The translations under genes were made by a program, and so were the position numbers. Below the pieces are notes generated by a model. That model did no database searches and was not told the origin of the DNA. It was given only the letters and a program-made list of their open reading frames with translations. Shown piece by piece: positions 54,824 through 57,102 of a stretch of 57,102 nt of DNA (positions are counted from its first letter, which is position 1; each line of letters opens with the position of its first letter). The DNA comes from an uncultured virus (IMG/VR IMGVR_UViG_2049941000_000836) (taxonomy: Duplodnaviria; Heunggongvirae; Uroviricota; Caudoviricetes): IMG/VR virus record IMGVR_UViG_2049941000_000836, one strand, 5' to 3'.

Positions 54824-55727
54824 GGAATTGTTTGAATTTTGCCTTGTGGATGAGTTTTATAACGGGGTTTTAGGTAATCTTCAGGCGATTGAGAGATACC
54901 ATATCTACAGGAAAATCCATCATCAGCCTGAGGCAATTGAAAGAAAAGAACACTATTTCTATGACTTTTCTGCTCGTACAAAGAATGAACCGAGACTTGG
55001 AATCCCGCAGGAGGAGTTAAACAGTCGTTATGAGAAATGGGCAAAGCCGTCAAGACAGTATAGGAATTTTGCGGNNNNNNNNNNACATCATCAGCCTGAG
55101 GCAATTGAAAGAAAAGAACACTATTTCTATGACTTTTCTGCGCGTGGGAAGGATGAAGCGAGACTTGATATCCCGCAGGAGGAGTTAAATGATCGTTATG
55201 AGAAATGGGCAAAGCCGTCAAGACAGTATAGGAATTTTGCGGAAGAATATGATTTAGATATGGATGAACTGCGGCTCATACTCGCAGTTCCGAGGTTTTT
55301 GCATGTGGATTATAGATTTAGCACGTTGGAAGAGTTGCTGAATCTGGAGTTTACTAAGATGCTCGACCTGAATTTACGATANNNNNNNNNNAATCTCGCA
55401 GGAGGAGTTAAATAATCGTTATAAGAAATGGGCGGCACCGTCAAAACAGTATAGGATTTTTGCGGAAGAATACGATTTAGATATGGATGAACTGCGGCTT
55501 ATGCTTGCAGTTCCGAGGTTTTTACACGTGGATTATAGATTTAGCTCGTTGGGGGAGTTGCTGAATCTGGAGTTTACTAAGATGCTCGACCTGAATTTAC
55601 GATACACCAAATGCAAACGCTGCGGAAGATATTTCCCCTTGAAAGGAAACCGAGAGGCAAAATATTNNNNNNNNNNCCTCGCAGTTCCGAGGTTTTTGCA
55701 TGTGGATTACAGATTTAGCTCGTTGGA
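54824..55727 (+). other. Overlapping assembly fragments of one host/ICE-type gene (CKRCGRYF...KY zinc finger, DUF6076-like)
   Basis: Near-identical pieces repeated across 10-N gaps. Confidence 0.45.
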
Positions 55728-56020
55728 NNNNNNNNNNTGACTACTGACTTCCATCATCGCAACTTTCAATTGACAGAATCGGATATGCTGAGCGGAAAAA
55801 TGACGCCTTTGAACAATGTACTGAGTGGCGCAACAATTACTTTAAAGTACGGCGAGGGGCTGTTTGAATTTCTGAACACGGATTTTTCGTCAGCNNNNNN
55901 NNNNGTGATCCTGAAAATATTATAACAGCCAATCAAAAATTTCACAAGAGCTTTGCTCGATGTTTTGTCAGTGATGTTAGTTTGCCATTTTTACGCGATT
56001 AGGATTATCCAAAATCTGGA

Positions 56021-56250
56021 GTGATGCTGATGAAAAAGGAAGACAACAATAGAACTCCGATGCTGATTCGTCATGGATATCTGAGCAACACCGTCTATTT
56101 TGTTCCCGATGATCTTTCATTAACCATCCGCGTTGATCCCAAAAAAGAAAAACACCCCCGCAAAAGAAAACCCACCAAGGCACAGTTGGCTCAGATACAA
56201 GAGGATAAAGAGAATATTATTCGTTCCTTTCAGCAGAACCAAAGCGATTT
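56021..56250 (+). CDS. Partial hypothetical protein running into a gap
   Basis: GGAG RBS; open to the N-run. Confidence 0.35.
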
Positions 56251-57102
56251 NNNNNNNNNNNNNNNNNNNNNNNNNNNNNNNNNNNNNNNNNNNNNNNNNN
56301 NNNNNNNNNNNNNNNNNNNNNNNNNNNNNNNNNNNNNNNNNNNNNNNNNNNNNNNNNNNNNNNNNNNNNNNNNNNNNNNNNNNNNNNNNNNNNNNNNNNN
56401 NNNNNNNNNNNNNNNNNNNNNNNNNNNNNNNNNNNNNNNNNNNNNNNNNNNNNNNNNNNNNNNNNNNNNNNNNNNNNNNNNNNNNNNNNNNNNNNNNNNN
56501 NNNNNNNNNNNNNNNNNNNNNNNNNNNNNNNNNNNNNNNNNNNNNNNNNNNNNNNNNNNNNNNNNNNNNNNNNNNNNNNNNNNNNNNNNNNNNNNNNNNN
56601 NNNNNNNNNNNNNNNNNNNNNNNNNNNNNNNNNNNNNNNNNNNNNNNNNNNNNNNNNNNNNNNNNNNNNNNNNNNNNNNNNNNNNNNNNNNNNNNNNNNN
56701 NNNNNNNNNNNNNNNNNNNNNNNNNNNNNNNNNNNNNNNNNNNNNNNNNNNNNNNNNNNNNNNNNNNNNNNNNNNNNNNNNNNNNNNNNNNNNNNNNNNN
56801 NNNNNNNNNNNNNNNNNNNNNNNNNNNNNNNNNNNNNNNNNNNNNNNNNNNNNNNNNNNNNNNNNNNNNNNNNNNNNNNNNNNNNNNNNNNNNNNNNNNN
56901 NNNNTTGTCAGTAGCCATGCTCCTGACAGAAGAAAAATGTAAGGCAATCTTCTGACTCACGGCTCAGATTAAGCATTGAGGAGGCTGGAAGTGTTTTTGA
57001 AAACCGATTGCAGGTAGGATTTTTCATGATGAAAATTAGTTTTCCGAGGCTGATAGCCCACTTGAAATCCAAATCAACTTCGCCCATCGTCTTTCAAAAT
57101 CA

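Noticed and set aside
54919..55727. Tandem near-identical 150-200 bp repeats
   Set aside because: Each copy is bounded by 10-N gaps; most likely strain variants of one gene scaffolded in series
1..57102. CRISPR array, tRNA or rRNA genes
   Set aside because: No repeat-spacer periodicity or cloverleaf recognised by eye; tRNAscan and cmscan were not run

Overview
The window is almost entirely one apparently complete ~52.9 kb temperate siphovirus prophage (about 1556-54458) in a gapped draft assembly. The host is probably a Firmicute of the class Clostridia, inferred from sigma-A promoters, GGAGG ribosome-binding sites, RecU and YopX. Both ends carry the two arms of a symmetric serine-integrase attP (23 bp + AT + 23 bp). 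From right to left the modules are: integrase and repressor (+); cro, recombination and replication genes; late activator; a six-gene locus directly upstream of the terminase; A118-like head and tail genes; a sigma-factor/Mor cassette; lysis genes; a repressor-controlled cluster of small accessory genes; a moron; an RHH/antisense-RNA unit; and an iteron array beside attL. The best candidate for a new system is the six-gene locus: HAD phosphatase-kinase fusion, cytidylyltransferase, TAGT/GREB1-like glycosyltransferase, two ParB-like proteins and an SPL-like radical SAM enzyme. It looks like an oxygen-independent DNA glycosylation (hypermodification) pathway with no TET/JBP, hydroxymethylase or methylase. 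Non-coding structure read directly from the sequence includes a three-operator promoter design used three times, two families of covarying H-type pseudoknots, a Com-like zinc finger next to a hairpin over the tape-measure RBS, and an origin apparently displaced from its initiator gene. All family assignments come from motif recognition, not database searches.
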